64,000 nucleotides of DNA from Candidatus Scatovivens sp. (GTDB lineage Bacteria; Bacillota; Clostridia; TANB77; CAG-508): contig JAZRKN010000016.1 in the NCBI GenBank assembly GCA_045646345.1, positions 1,693 to 65,692 of the forward strand, written 5' to 3'. Positions 51,513 through 61,142 of the stretch are shown piece by piece (the stretch's first letter is position 1; each line of letters starts with the position of its first letter). Under the pieces are notes generated by a model. The model was not told the DNA's origin, did not search any database, and worked only from the letters and a program-made list of their open reading frames with translations. Both the position numbers and the translations under genes were made by a program.

Positions 51513-52274
51513 TTGGAGAATGCGAAAATGTCATTATTAGGAATCGTTCGGGATCAACATCTATTACTGCTCTTTGCAGTACAATTTGTAACCTCATTTT
51601 GCTTTATCTACTATGGGAAAAATAAACTCAGCTTTATTTCAGAAATCTTACTAATAATAAGCTGTGTTTTATACCATAAAACACCATTTAACTTGGACAT
51701 ACTACATTGCTATATTGCTGAATATATTTTACTGAAACTTTCTCTTGTTTTGATTGTATATATCGCAAAACGCTTTGCTTTTTTCATTTTGGTAGTAATA
51801 ACCCATAAAGAAAAATACAAAAAAGCGTATAAATTTCTTGTAAAAAAGAAACGTTTTTTGCGATTCCAATCACGCATATGGAATAAAGTAAAATACGGCA
51901 TTAGAATCAAAAAGGGTATTCCATCGATGGTAAACAAAAGAAATGCTCAGCACGGAATTTCTTTTGATAGTGATGGTTTCCCAAAGTTCAAAGTCATCAC
52001 TGAGGTTTACATAGATTCGTGTTATTGGAAAAAAAGCCGAGATGTACATTTTTATCAAGCAAATCGGCAATTATATACTCGAATCAAAAAATACTCTAAA
52101 CTTTCCAAAAAATTTACCAAAAACGAAATCAAAGAATTCAAGCAAGGAAATACTCCTAAAAAATATACTTGGCATCATCACCAAGATAAAGGATTGTTAC
52201 AGCTTGTCGATTCTGAAATTCATGCAAAAGTTCGTCATAATGGTGGATTTTCGATTTGGGGCCCAAGAGAATAA
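51513..52274 (+). CDS. ORF ending in a WHH-type HNH/EndoVII nuclease toxin domain; N-terminal part probably degenerate (orphan toxin module)
   Basis: C-terminus KKYTWHHHQDKGLLQLVDSEIHAKVRHNGGFSIWG matches the WHH nuclease signature (W-HH ... H ... H-GG). N-terminal 130 aa is low-complexity hydrophobic and may not be translated. Alternative start MVNKRNAQHG at 51927. Confidence 0.55.
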   Translation: MENAKMSLLGIVRDQHLLLLFAVQFVTSFCFIYYGKNKLSFISEILLIISCVLYHKTPFNLDILHCYIAEYILLKLSLVLIVYIAKRFAFFILVVITHKEKYKKAYKFLVKKKRFLRFQSRIWNKVKYGIRIKKGIPSMVNKRNAQHGISFDSDGFPKFKVITEVYIDSCYWKKSRDVHFYQANRQLYTRIKKYSKLSKKFTKNEIKEFKQGNTPKKYTWHHHQDKGLLQLVDSEIHAKVRHNGGFSIWGPRE

Positions 52275-52276
52275 CA

Positions 52277-52310
52277 AAAAACCTCCGGTTATACGGAGGT
52301 TTTCTTTTAA
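52277..52310 (+). terminator. intrinsic terminator
   Basis: stem aaaacctccg/cggaggtttt followed by T-run. Confidence 0.75.
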
Positions 52311-52358
52311 ATTAAACAGGGACAGCTTATCTGCTGTCCCTTCGTTTATTTTCGAGAA

Positions 52359-53333
52359 TTATCTCTTAATCATTATTCCGCTTCCACTTGATTTAATAGT
52401 AGTCTCATCAAAATCTTCAATCAACCACATCGCTTTGCTAATTTCAATCTGCTCTTCATTAAGATTGAAACTTCTGCAATATGCCGTTGCGATTTCCTGA
52501 ATCAAGAAATGAAAAACTTCAGGCGCCTGCATATACAGTTCATTGCTTTGAATCATGCAAATTAGATATGCGTTAAGCTGATATGCAATACTGGTTTCAG
52601 CAGGAACTTTTGCCTTAGGATAGATTGCATCTTTCAGTACTTCATTGATATGATCTTCCAGAAGGAAATCTTCATCCATAATGCTTCTGGTCACCAGTTC
52701 AGGGTTTGCAAAAATCATCTGCTGACCAATCATCGCAGCATAGAGATATGCACTATTATTACAAGGATATCCCATCCAGCTTACCAATCTCAGATTTACA
52801 GCTTCTGTAATGGTTTCATAAAGTCCCCAATACATATCAGTATCGTATTCAATACCAAGCATATGAACTACTTCATGACACCAAGTAAAAGGAAAATATT
52901 CAGGCAGATTTTCATAGAGATTTTTGTTTACATAGACAACATTACTTCCAGGCTTATGATAGCCCATCAGCACATTGTCAGAAACACCAATGAGTTTCGT
53001 CTCTACAGAATTGATTTTTTCGGTAACATCAATTCCATATTCGATCTGGAAATATTCAATTACCTTTTCCTTTAATCCTCTAATGTACTCTTTATCAGGA
53101 TTGCAGATTTCGACATTAGACGAATCGATCAAAGAATTAATGTACTCTTTTTCATCCCAAATCATATTTTCTTCAGGAATATCTACAGAGTCACTCTCTT
53201 CCATAAAGAAGAATTCTGCCAGTGTAATTTCCTTATTGGTAGGATCATAGAGATTATCCCTTTTTACTCCACATCCCACCAAAGTGGTCATGAGCATAAC
53301 TACAACCAAAATCATAGCAAAAATTTTTTTCAT
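52359..53333 (-). CDS. lipoprotein with HExxH zinc-metallopeptidase motif
   Basis: lipobox LVGCG; HEVVHMLG; about 40% GC. Confidence 0.55.
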   Translation of the reverse strand: MKKIFAMILVVVMLMTTLVGCGVKRDNLYDPTNKEITLAEFFFMEESDSVDIPEENMIWDEKEYINSLIDSSNVEICNPDKEYIRGLKEKVIEYFQIEYGIDVTEKINSVETKLIGVSDNVLMGYHKPGSNVVYVNKNLYENLPEYFPFTWCHEVVHMLGIEYDTDMYWGLYETITEAVNLRLVSWMGYPCNNSAYLYAAMIGQQMIFANPELVTRSIMDEDFLLEDHINEVLKDAIYPKAKVPAETSIAYQLNAYLICMIQSNELYMQAPEVFHFLIQEIATAYCRSFNLNEEQIEISKAMWLIEDFDETTIKSSGSGIMIKR

Positions 53334-53589
53334 CGTTTTACCTCACTTCATTTAGATATCTCACAAAACATAACTTACGATAAATTATTATTTTTGCTTA
53401 TCAACCTCACTTAGATATAATAAAGACAATAACATATTAGTTTTTTGGTTTCGTTTATCATTCCTTTCTTTATTTACACTTATTCGCTTTATATACAGCG
53501 GTGGAAGCCGCTTATTTTAAATGTGCTCGTCTGCTTATTATAACACCTTTTCGAAGTTATGTCAACTTAGTGCTTTCAAAAAAATTATC

Positions 53590-53630
53590 GCTATTGAATT
53601 TTACTTCAACAGCGATTTTTATTAATTATA
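53590..53630 (-). terminator. intrinsic terminator after the surface-protein gene
   Basis: stem atcgct...agcgat with U-run on the minus strand. Confidence 0.6.
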
Positions 53631-53633
53631 ATT

Positions 53634-56006
53634 TTAATATCTATGTTTAAAATTATATATTTTTTTGTTTTTCTTTTTTCCTAATATAATTACACTAATC
53701 AATACAATTACACATCCAATTATTATAACTGTATTATTACCAGAACCACCAGCTTCCGGCAACTGTATCATCGGTTTATTAGGAACATTTAATATAATTT
53801 CAGGTTCAGAAGATACCATTTCTACTTCATAAATTTCTTCACTTAACTTATAACCATCTGGCGCTTTTATTTCTCTTACTCTATATGTTCCATTATTTAT
53901 ATAACTAACTATAGCCATTCCATCTGAATCTGTAGTATAATCTCCAACAGGAAGAACCGTATCTTCATATATTTGATCTACCGAAAAAACAGCTCCTTCT
54001 AGCGGTTCATTTGTAAAGTAATCATATTTATTGATAATTAAAAGAGTTTGTCTCATGTTAGCAATTGTTGCAATACCATATTCATTGTCATTTACACAGC
54101 TACTCACAAAATATCCATCTGGAATATCAAATTCTGATACTGAATATATTATTTCTTCACCATTTTCATCAAACCTTGGTAAATTCTCAAATTTGTAATA
54201 CCAAACGCCATCATCTGTCACTGTTTCTACATCAAGAGCCATTGTTCCATAAGGATTCGGTGTAATTGCATTATCATCTTTCATTTCTACAACTTCAACT
54301 TCATCATCTTTATTAGATGATAATCTTATATTTATTGACTCTGGTCTTTTAAAATTTTCCGATTCCTCTTCAGAAAGAGCCATTGTTGGAACATCATCTA
54401 CCCATACTTTATAAACTTCATAATCAGTTACTGTTTTTATATATGTGTAGACTACTTCTTGAGTTTCTGGTGTAAATATTCCTGAACAATTTTCTGGTAA
54501 TTCCATTATTTCATAATATAAATATTCACCTACTTCCGCATTATATTCTTCAAATAATTTTCCCTTTAGTTTAACTGGATCTTCTAATTCTTCTCCATAT
54601 TCATCTAAATGTCTTACTATTACATAAGAAACTAAATCTAAATTTGCTGAATTTGTAGTAATTGTATTATCATTTTCTGTTATTACTGCAGTATTTGAAA
54701 TTAAATTTGTCGTTGGATTATCTACAACTTTGGCGTCTATAACAAACTTATAATTCTGTCCTTCATAATTTATCAAATTCAAATAATTTAAATCAAATGT
54801 ATATTCCAAAATATTGTTATTTGTATTTACTGTACCTGCGATATCTGTTATATTATTTTCATTTTCATCATATACAATTAGATTTTTATAAATTAAATTT
54901 GTATTTAATTCATCCAAAAATTTTAGTTTTGATAACCTAAATGTCGTTTCATCTGAAGTTGGCATTTTATATGATATTGTATATTTTATATCTTCTCCAG
55001 CAGTAGCTTCAAATGTTGAAACTTCTTTTATAGCATCACCTTCATAATTCGAAGTTAACGGTAAAAAGTTCATATGGTAACCGTTTGATAAATTAGAATT
55101 TAATGAATGTAAATTTATATTTATATAATCTACATTTTTATACAAAAAAGATATCGCATATTCTTTTTCTAAGAGATTTGATGTGGAATTCATTCCAGCA
55201 TATAAATCATTGTATCTTTTTTCACCATGCGTAATATTTTCTATATAATTTATGTTTGAATTTTTATACAAATATACTTTTGATGAATTACTACTATTTA
55301 TAGCTTCTTTTGCTATTCCATTTTCACCACTTAATCCATATAAAGTGTAATATGCTGTTTCTAATATTATCTTATCAGTTCCATTAACATAAAAATACAC
55401 TTTCATATTAATATTTTCGAATCCTCTTTGATACCATTCATTATTCAAATTTTGATTTTCCACATAACCATAAGACGTCCACCATAATACTTTTGAATTA
55501 TTTAATTTTTTTTGATTTAAGTCATCTCCGGTATATTCACTTCCTGAGAAAAAATCGGAATAAACTATTTTGATATCTATATTGTTTCCATTCAATGTTC
55601 CACAATCTTTAAACAAAGCTTCAATTTCAATATCTACATTTTGATTATACGGTAAATCCATAAATGTAACACTTTTTATTGGTTGTTGCACTTCATCGTT
55701 TTCTATTAATGGTCTTCCTCTATTTACCCCATCTTCTCCATCAATCACATATTGATAATCAGTTTTTATTGTTAGTATTGGTAATTTTGAAAAATTTAAT
55801 TTTAAATTCTCTAATGTTGATTTCTCAAGCAAGGAATTATTATCAATACTTATAGAATTATTGGCTAGTTTTGAATCTAAGTCAATAATTTTATATATAT
55901 CATATTGTGTTTTACTGTAATTTAACAATATACATCCTAATATCGTACTCAAAATAAAACATATCACTATTAAATTAAACTTTAATTTAAATCTATTTTT
56001 TCTCAT
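53634..56006 (-). CDS. cell-wall-anchored surface protein with Cna-B/SpaA-type domain and LPxTG-like sorting signal (LPEAG)
   Basis: 790 aa; N-terminal signal/TM. C-terminal Cna-B pattern (GAVFSV...TTDSDGMAIVSYINNGTYRVREIKAPDGY). Sorting signal LPEAGGSGN followed by hydrophobic segment and KKKNKK tail. Confidence 0.7.
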   Translation of the reverse strand: MRKNRFKLKFNLIVICFILSTILGCILLNYSKTQYDIYKIIDLDSKLANNSISIDNNSLLEKSTLENLKLNFSKLPILTIKTDYQYVIDGEDGVNRGRPLIENDEVQQPIKSVTFMDLPYNQNVDIEIEALFKDCGTLNGNNIDIKIVYSDFFSGSEYTGDDLNQKKLNNSKVLWWTSYGYVENQNLNNEWYQRGFENINMKVYFYVNGTDKIILETAYYTLYGLSGENGIAKEAINSSNSSKVYLYKNSNINYIENITHGEKRYNDLYAGMNSTSNLLEKEYAISFLYKNVDYININLHSLNSNLSNGYHMNFLPLTSNYEGDAIKEVSTFEATAGEDIKYTISYKMPTSDETTFRLSKLKFLDELNTNLIYKNLIVYDENENNITDIAGTVNTNNNILEYTFDLNYLNLINYEGQNYKFVIDAKVVDNPTTNLISNTAVITENDNTITTNSANLDLVSYVIVRHLDEYGEELEDPVKLKGKLFEEYNAEVGEYLYYEIMELPENCSGIFTPETQEVVYTYIKTVTDYEVYKVWVDDVPTMALSEEESENFKRPESINIRLSSNKDDEVEVVEMKDDNAITPNPYGTMALDVETVTDDGVWYYKFENLPRFDENGEEIIYSVSEFDIPDGYFVSSCVNDNEYGIATIANMRQTLLIINKYDYFTNEPLEGAVFSVDQIYEDTVLPVGDYTTDSDGMAIVSYINNGTYRVREIKAPDGYKLSEEIYEVEMVSSEPEIILNVPNKPMIQLPEAGGSGNNTVIIIGCVIVLISVIILGKKKNKKIYNFKHRY

Positions 56007-56099
56007 TATTCACCAATCTATTTTATTCTTAGAGTCAGTATATCATATAATTTTTATTTTGAGGATTTTGTTACCAAAATGTATTAATTCTTACTTACA

Positions 56100-56128
56100 T
56101 TGAATTTTTAAGCATTTTATGTTATAAT
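56100..56128 (+). promoter_or_regulatory. near-consensus sigma-A promoter TTGAAT-17-TATAAT
   Basis: ttgaatttttaagcattttatgttataat upstream of the 56181 ORF. Confidence 0.6.
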
Positions 56129-56180
56129 AGAAATGCAGTTTATATATTTTTTGCATCAAAGCCAATTGGGAGGTGTTAAT

Positions 56181-56786
56181 ATGGCATACAACAGTCTTGA
56201 TTTACGAAAAAAACTGTCTATTGAGGAGTACTATCGGTTCTCTCAACGGTTAGCATATGAATATGCTACCACTTCAGCATCAACTGCTGTTACCGCGCTT
56301 ACTGAAAAATATGATGTTACAAAAAGCGCATTTTACACATTGCTGGAATTTGCTATAACTCATCATTTGGTTTCTGATAAAGTTGTCCAATCGATTCGAG
56401 AAAAGCTTGTTTCCAATCTTGCAGCTCATGGTTGCAAAGGTTACAAAAGCAATGTGAAATACAATCAGTTAACAGCAAAAAGAGACAATTTTTCCGCATT
56501 CCAAAAAAAGGATATTGAGTATATTGCAAAATATTACGCTATGCATCCTGAGGAATCCAAGCAGGAAGTCACAGCTCGTTTTCATTTCTATAGTCCCAAA
56601 GTATTGAATCGACTTTTGAAACGGGCTTGTATGGAATTAATCATCACAGACAAAATTTTCAATATGCTTCGTCAAAGAGCAATCGATAATGCAGTAGATC
56701 TTGATTACACAATCAATTTCTTTTGCGAGCTTGCTCGTTATCGCGACAAAGCAAAACAAATCAAGAAAAGCCAATCTGCATTCTAA
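56181..56786 (+). CDS. hypothetical protein (201 aa) in a higher-GC cassette
   Basis: start MAYNSLDLRKK with RBS gggaggtg; about 40% GC; followed by a bidirectional terminator at 56805-56845. Confidence 0.5.
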   Translation: MAYNSLDLRKKLSIEEYYRFSQRLAYEYATTSASTAVTALTEKYDVTKSAFYTLLEFAITHHLVSDKVVQSIREKLVSNLAAHGCKGYKSNVKYNQLTAKRDNFSAFQKKDIEYIAKYYAMHPEESKQEVTARFHFYSPKVLNRLLKRACMELIITDKIFNMLRQRAIDNAVDLDYTINFFCELARYRDKAKQIKKSQSAF

Positions 56787-56804
56787 CGCAGACAGAACTG
56801 TAAA

Positions 56805-56845
56805 AAAGAACTACATCCAAAAATGTAGTTCTTTCTTTTTTATTT
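56805..56845. terminator. bidirectional intrinsic terminator
   Basis: stem aagaactacat/atgtagttctt with flanking A/T runs. Confidence 0.75.
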
Positions 56846-56849
56846 TTAA

Positions 56850-57107
56850 TTAATTAAGAAATAATGAATCTCTTACCAGCAATTCAAATGTGTCTAACCA
56901 AAGCTTATGCTCTCCCATTTTCTTTTTATAAATTAAATGTAATACTTCATTAGCATAATTAAATGTATCTTTACTCATTTCAGTTTTTATTATATCTCTC
57001 ATTTCAAATATAAAAGAATCTCTTCTAAGATATGGTATATCAATAGGATTATCAATATTTAGCAATTCTGATAGCTCTTGTAAACTTTTTTGTATTCTCT
57101 CTTCCAT
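56850..57107 (-). CDS. small protein (85 aa) tightly coupled downstream of the 918-aa gene; possible immunity/partner protein
   Basis: 11-nt gap to upstream gene on the same strand; no motif recognised. Confidence 0.4.
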   Translation of the reverse strand: MEERIQKSLQELSELLNIDNPIDIPYLRRDSFIFEMRDIIKTEMSKDTFNYANEVLHLIYKKKMGEHKLWLDTFELLVRDSLFLN

Positions 57108-57118
57108 AACAATTCCTC

Positions 57119-59875
57119 CTATAACTCAATTTCATCAGTATTTTGTGCATTAGTTTTTTTACTTTTTGCAGTTTTTCTTTTTGTATCTCTTACAACTTCA
57201 GATAATTGTCTTGCAGCTTCTCTTGCAGAGTATTTCTTGTCCAAAGCTTTTCGCAAAGAAAATTTTAAAACTGAATTCGAAACAATTGGTTCAAAGCCAT
57301 TTTGGGGCCTTGCAACACCTGATACTTTTCTTATAACTTCTCTTGGATCCATATATGTTTTTTCTACTCCAAGACTTAATATATCTCTTGTTGACTCTTG
57401 TCGAACTCCAGTTGAAACAAATAGAGTATCTGCTTTTAATCCTTCTTCATTTTTTTCAGATACATCGATCTCATAATTAATTTTAATAGCTTGTTTTCTA
57501 GTTATAGCTTCAGCTTTATCATATACAGAAAATTCTGAAATTTTTGTTATCCTATCTCTTTTTTCTTCCAAGTCACCTTTACCTGTAGCTTCAACTTCAT
57601 GTTTTGAAACTCTAGTAGAAGGAATTATCATTTCACTAATAACTTCGCTTTTTTGTGGATCCGGCAATTCTAAACCATTATCTTCAATTAATTGTCTAAA
57701 TTGCTCATTATCAAGTAATTTCTTTATTACTTGAGTTCTCATTGATTGTTCATACACTCTCTCTGATATATTGTTCTTCTTAGCAATTAATTCTTTATCA
57801 TAATCATATATAGTCAATATAGATTCAATTGGCATATTATTTATATAATATTCCTGTAAAAAATATAACTCATGCTCATTTAATCCAAATGTTTCTTCTG
57901 GATTTTCTTGCATTATTTTTTCTATACAACTTCCCACTTCAACTGGATTTTTCGCTATATCTTTTAAAAACTTTTCTTGTCTTTTCGTTCTTCTGTCTTC
58001 TGTTAATAATAAAGCATCATATAATATTGGATCTATTTCTACTATCGCCTCTTTAGGAATTATTCCTTTAAATAAAACCTCTCTTGAAGCAGGTGCATAT
58101 TTTCTCACTCTTTCATGTTTTTTCTCTTTGCCAGATTTATCAATCTTTGAAGATATTAATGATGAGCCTGCATCACGTAAAATTCCTTCTTGATAACTAA
58201 TCTTTCCACCTTGTGAAAAATCAATTATTCCTTCAGGAAGTTTTTCTCTACCAACATATATTAAATTTTCTTCATTTTCAATAATAGATAATCTTTCTGT
58301 GATTTTATTTTTTTGTTCTTCAGATAGTTTAGCTCTTTCTAATAATTGTTTTAAAAATTCTTTTTCTCCAGTCAAAGCCATTTTTTCATCATTTATAATA
58401 CCCAAACGTTGTCCCATTAATTCATAAACTTTATCTATGTTTATCAAAAATACCGATGCTCTTTGATTTTTATAAGCATTCCCAGAAGGAAATTCACTTA
58501 AATATGTTGCTGATATAGCAAATATCTTACTTGTTGAAATAAATGAAGTTTGCATTCCTGGTTTTGAGCCTTGTTCTATATGTGTTTGAGGTGAAATTCT
58601 AGAATCCAAATCCGCAGCTATAATTTCATTTCCATATTTAGAATCTTGCGCTCTGAATAACATTTCTGGGAAATCATACTTTTGTTTTATACTTTCACTC
58701 CATTCTAGTTTTCTTTGTTCTATATATTCATTTTCAGTTACACTTACATATTCACTTATCAAATCTCCCAAAACATCTTTTTTTACCAAAGATGGCATTT
58801 CATCCAATATACCTGCGATATAATTAGTTCCGTTATTCATTTTTTTAAAAAAGGGTTCATTTGGAAATCTAACATGTGTTATATACTTTTCTATGTCATT
58901 TTCGCTTTTTCCTTCTTTTCTTAATTGTACAATATCTTCAAAAATAGTTTTTAAAACAATTTCTGCACACCTTTCCCATTCTCGAGTAATTTTTTGTTTT
59001 GGATATTTTTTTCGATTTTGTTCTTTTAATTTATTTACATACACCTTATAGTTAATAGATTTTGAAATAAACTCTTCTGCTGAAACACCTTCATTTTCTT
59101 TTTCTTCTAACAGTTTTAAGAAAATTTTCAAATTATAATATCCAGCATCTACATCTCTTTTTTTTGAAGTTCCATATCTAGACATTCTTACTTGATCAGT
59201 CAATTTACTTACTTCTTCTTCTATTAACTTTTCTAACTCTTCTTCTTTTATCTTACTATGTTGTTCTACTTGTAAAGACAAACAATCTCTCTCATATTCT
59301 CTTGTATAAAACGCTGCTATAAGTTCTGAATACGAACTCATCATTTCAGGATTTTCAGTTAATATTTCAGTCAATTCCTTAGGTGATATTCCTAATGAAT
59401 TTTTTAAATATTCAGATTCTCTTTCCATAATTGGCTTTACACTTTTTCTCTCTTCTACAGAATATTGATCGTGCAAAATCAACATATCTTTCATTCTTGC
59501 ATCTTTACGAAATAAGTTCAAAATTGTATCAAAATCTTCTATTGTGACATCAGCTTTATTTATTAACTCATTAATTAACTTTTTTAAATCTTGATCTCTT
59601 ACAGGTTCTTTTCCTTCAAAAATTTCGCAAAAATCATCGATTACTAAATCCATTTCAGTTTCAAATACTAATCGATCATTCTTTTTTCCTCCCAAAAGTA
59701 TTGCATCTTCTACAAAAACAAAATCTTCCTTATAATCATAATCTCCAATTATTCTCTCATAAGATTTTAATTTTTCTTTGTATTCTGGTTTTCTTTCTAA
59801 TAAAACTCTTATTAATTTATTTTTTATTGCTATTTGATCTGAATAACTCAAATTATCAAATAATTCCCTTACCAT
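57119..59875 (-). CDS. large hypothetical cytoplasmic protein (918 aa)
   Basis: no TM. Central region has FR...(38 aa)...FISTS...(about 57 aa)...GEKEF, which loosely matches the R-S-E spacing of ADP-ribosyltransferases (speculative). Confidence 0.45.
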   Translation of the reverse strand: MVRELFDNLSYSDQIAIKNKLIRVLLERKPEYKEKLKSYERIIGDYDYKEDFVFVEDAILLGGKKNDRLVFETEMDLVIDDFCEIFEGKEPVRDQDLKKLINELINKADVTIEDFDTILNLFRKDARMKDMLILHDQYSVEERKSVKPIMERESEYLKNSLGISPKELTEILTENPEMMSSYSELIAAFYTREYERDCLSLQVEQHSKIKEEELEKLIEEEVSKLTDQVRMSRYGTSKKRDVDAGYYNLKIFLKLLEEKENEGVSAEEFISKSINYKVYVNKLKEQNRKKYPKQKITREWERCAEIVLKTIFEDIVQLRKEGKSENDIEKYITHVRFPNEPFFKKMNNGTNYIAGILDEMPSLVKKDVLGDLISEYVSVTENEYIEQRKLEWSESIKQKYDFPEMLFRAQDSKYGNEIIAADLDSRISPQTHIEQGSKPGMQTSFISTSKIFAISATYLSEFPSGNAYKNQRASVFLINIDKVYELMGQRLGIINDEKMALTGEKEFLKQLLERAKLSEEQKNKITERLSIIENEENLIYVGREKLPEGIIDFSQGGKISYQEGILRDAGSSLISSKIDKSGKEKKHERVRKYAPASREVLFKGIIPKEAIVEIDPILYDALLLTEDRRTKRQEKFLKDIAKNPVEVGSCIEKIMQENPEETFGLNEHELYFLQEYYINNMPIESILTIYDYDKELIAKKNNISERVYEQSMRTQVIKKLLDNEQFRQLIEDNGLELPDPQKSEVISEMIIPSTRVSKHEVEATGKGDLEEKRDRITKISEFSVYDKAEAITRKQAIKINYEIDVSEKNEEGLKADTLFVSTGVRQESTRDILSLGVEKTYMDPREVIRKVSGVARPQNGFEPIVSNSVLKFSLRKALDKKYSAREAARQLSEVVRDTKRKTAKSKKTNAQNTDEIEL

Positions 59876-59995
59876 AATTTATACCTCTTTTTTTTAAATA
59901 TATTATTATATTACCACTATTTATGGTCCTAAAACATAACAATTACATTTCATTATGTTATCAAATCACTTATATTTCAACAAACAAGTTGTAAT

Positions 59996-60175
59996 TTATC
60001 TTTCATAAGAATCTTCTAATTTTTTTCTTCCTTCACGTGATATTTCTACTGTTACAGCTTGATTTACCGTTGTTTTTCCTTTTTTACTCTGTTTTGATTG
60101 ATTATTGTTTTTGTTTGGATTTTGATTCGAATTAAATGTCGTTTTGTAAACTGGATCAATTTTTTCTATTTTCAT
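59996..60175 (-). CDS. candidate small basic N/K/Q-rich protein (59 aa)
   Basis: GGAGG RBS 7 nt upstream; not in the supplied track (below its length cutoff). Confidence 0.3.
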   Translation of the reverse strand: MKIEKIDPVYKTTFNSNQNPNKNNNQSKQSKKGKTTVNQAVTVEISREGRKKLEDSYER

Positions 60176-60289
60176 ATAATTTCCTCCGTTTTTTCATTTA
60201 TTTAATTCTATCATAAAAGTAAAAAAAATATATAATTATTATATATTTTTTTACTTTTAGAAAATATTTTATTTTTTTTCAAAAAAGTG

Positions 60290-60318
60290 TTGACATCTTA
60301 AAATTTAAATTGTATAAT
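60290..60318 (+). promoter_or_regulatory. consensus sigma-A promoter (TGnTTGACA-17-TATAAT) for tRNA-Leu
   Basis: gtgttgaca tcttaaaatttaaattg tataat. Confidence 0.7.
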
Positions 60319-60356
60319 ATCACTTGTCAGTTGGAAAACTGATTGCCAGTAAAAAT

Positions 60357-60445
60357 GCAGATGTGGCGGAACTGGCAGACGCACAGGACTTAAAATCCTG
60401 CGGGACCTAAATCCCGTGCCGGTTCGATTCCGGCCATCTGCACCA
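60357..60445 (+). tRNA. tRNA-Leu (anticodon UAA) with encoded CCA
   Basis: acceptor stem gcagatg/catctgc, anticodon loop cTTAAaa, long variable arm, T-arm ccggTTCGATTccgg, terminal ACCA. Confidence 0.9.
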
Positions 60446-60478
60446 AATCTTGAGAGAAATCTCAAGATTTTTTTTATT
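60446..60478 (+). terminator. intrinsic terminator after tRNA-Leu
   Basis: stem atcttgaga/tctcaagat followed by a T8 run. Confidence 0.8.
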
Positions 60479-60757
60479 TCAAAATTATTTAACATTATTT
60501 AAAAGCATTGATAATACTAGGCTTTGTGTCTAGTATTATTTTTTTCCTAATTTAACAGTATGTGTCATTATTTAAATTTTTTTATTATTTACCACCCACC
60601 TTAACACCCTCAAAAAACACCCTCTATTTTTAAATTTATTAAAAATAATATAAAAATATGCTTTTTTGTGTCAAAAATAGCTATATTTTGAACACAAAAA
60701 ATAATCGTGCAAAAGAAGATGGGACAAGAGATTGCTGGATTATTTTTGAGAAAATTT

Positions 60758-60790
60758 TCAATGAAAATCAATGAAAATCAATGAATTTTA
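60758..60790 (+). repeat. tandem direct repeat, about 2.6 copies of the 10-bp unit atgaaaatca, upstream of the xis-like gene
   Basis: tcaatgaaaatcaatgaaaatcaatgaatttt, followed by palindrome gaattttaaaaaattc. Confidence 0.6.
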
Positions 60791-60873
60791 AAAAATTCAT
60801 TTTTTTCGTGTTATCATGAAGTTAGTTCGAACAAAAAATATTTCTAGAAATTAAATTTAAAAGGAGTGTTTTT

Positions 60874-61131
60874 ATGAATAATAATGTAATTAATCAAACA
60901 AAAGATAAAAAATATACAAAAGCAGAATTGATAACAATTGATTCTATTAGAAGAGTAAAAAATCCATTTAGAATGATTACTGTTAAAGATGTTATGAAAG
61001 ACTTAAATATATGTGAGACTGTCGCATATAAAACATTTAAAAGACCAGATTTTCCATCCATAAATGTAGGCAAAAATAATCAAGTAATGTTATTGGCTTA
61101 TTTATTATGGAAAATGGAAAAAAGAGATTAG
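60874..61131 (+). CDS. xis: excisionase/AlpA-like small HTH DNA-binding protein
   Basis: 85 aa, basic, immediately upstream of and overlapping the integrase gene; HTH-like segment NICETVAYKTFKRPDFP. Confidence 0.55.
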   Translation: MNNNVINQTKDKKYTKAELITIDSIRRVKNPFRMITVKDVMKDLNICETVAYKTFKRPDFPSINVGKNNQVMLLAYLLWKMEKRD

Positions 61132-61142
61132 GAGGTGTTTAT

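Noticed and set aside
60298-60495. 65-aa ORF on the minus strand
   Set aside because: It lies entirely over the tRNA-Leu gene and its terminator; spurious
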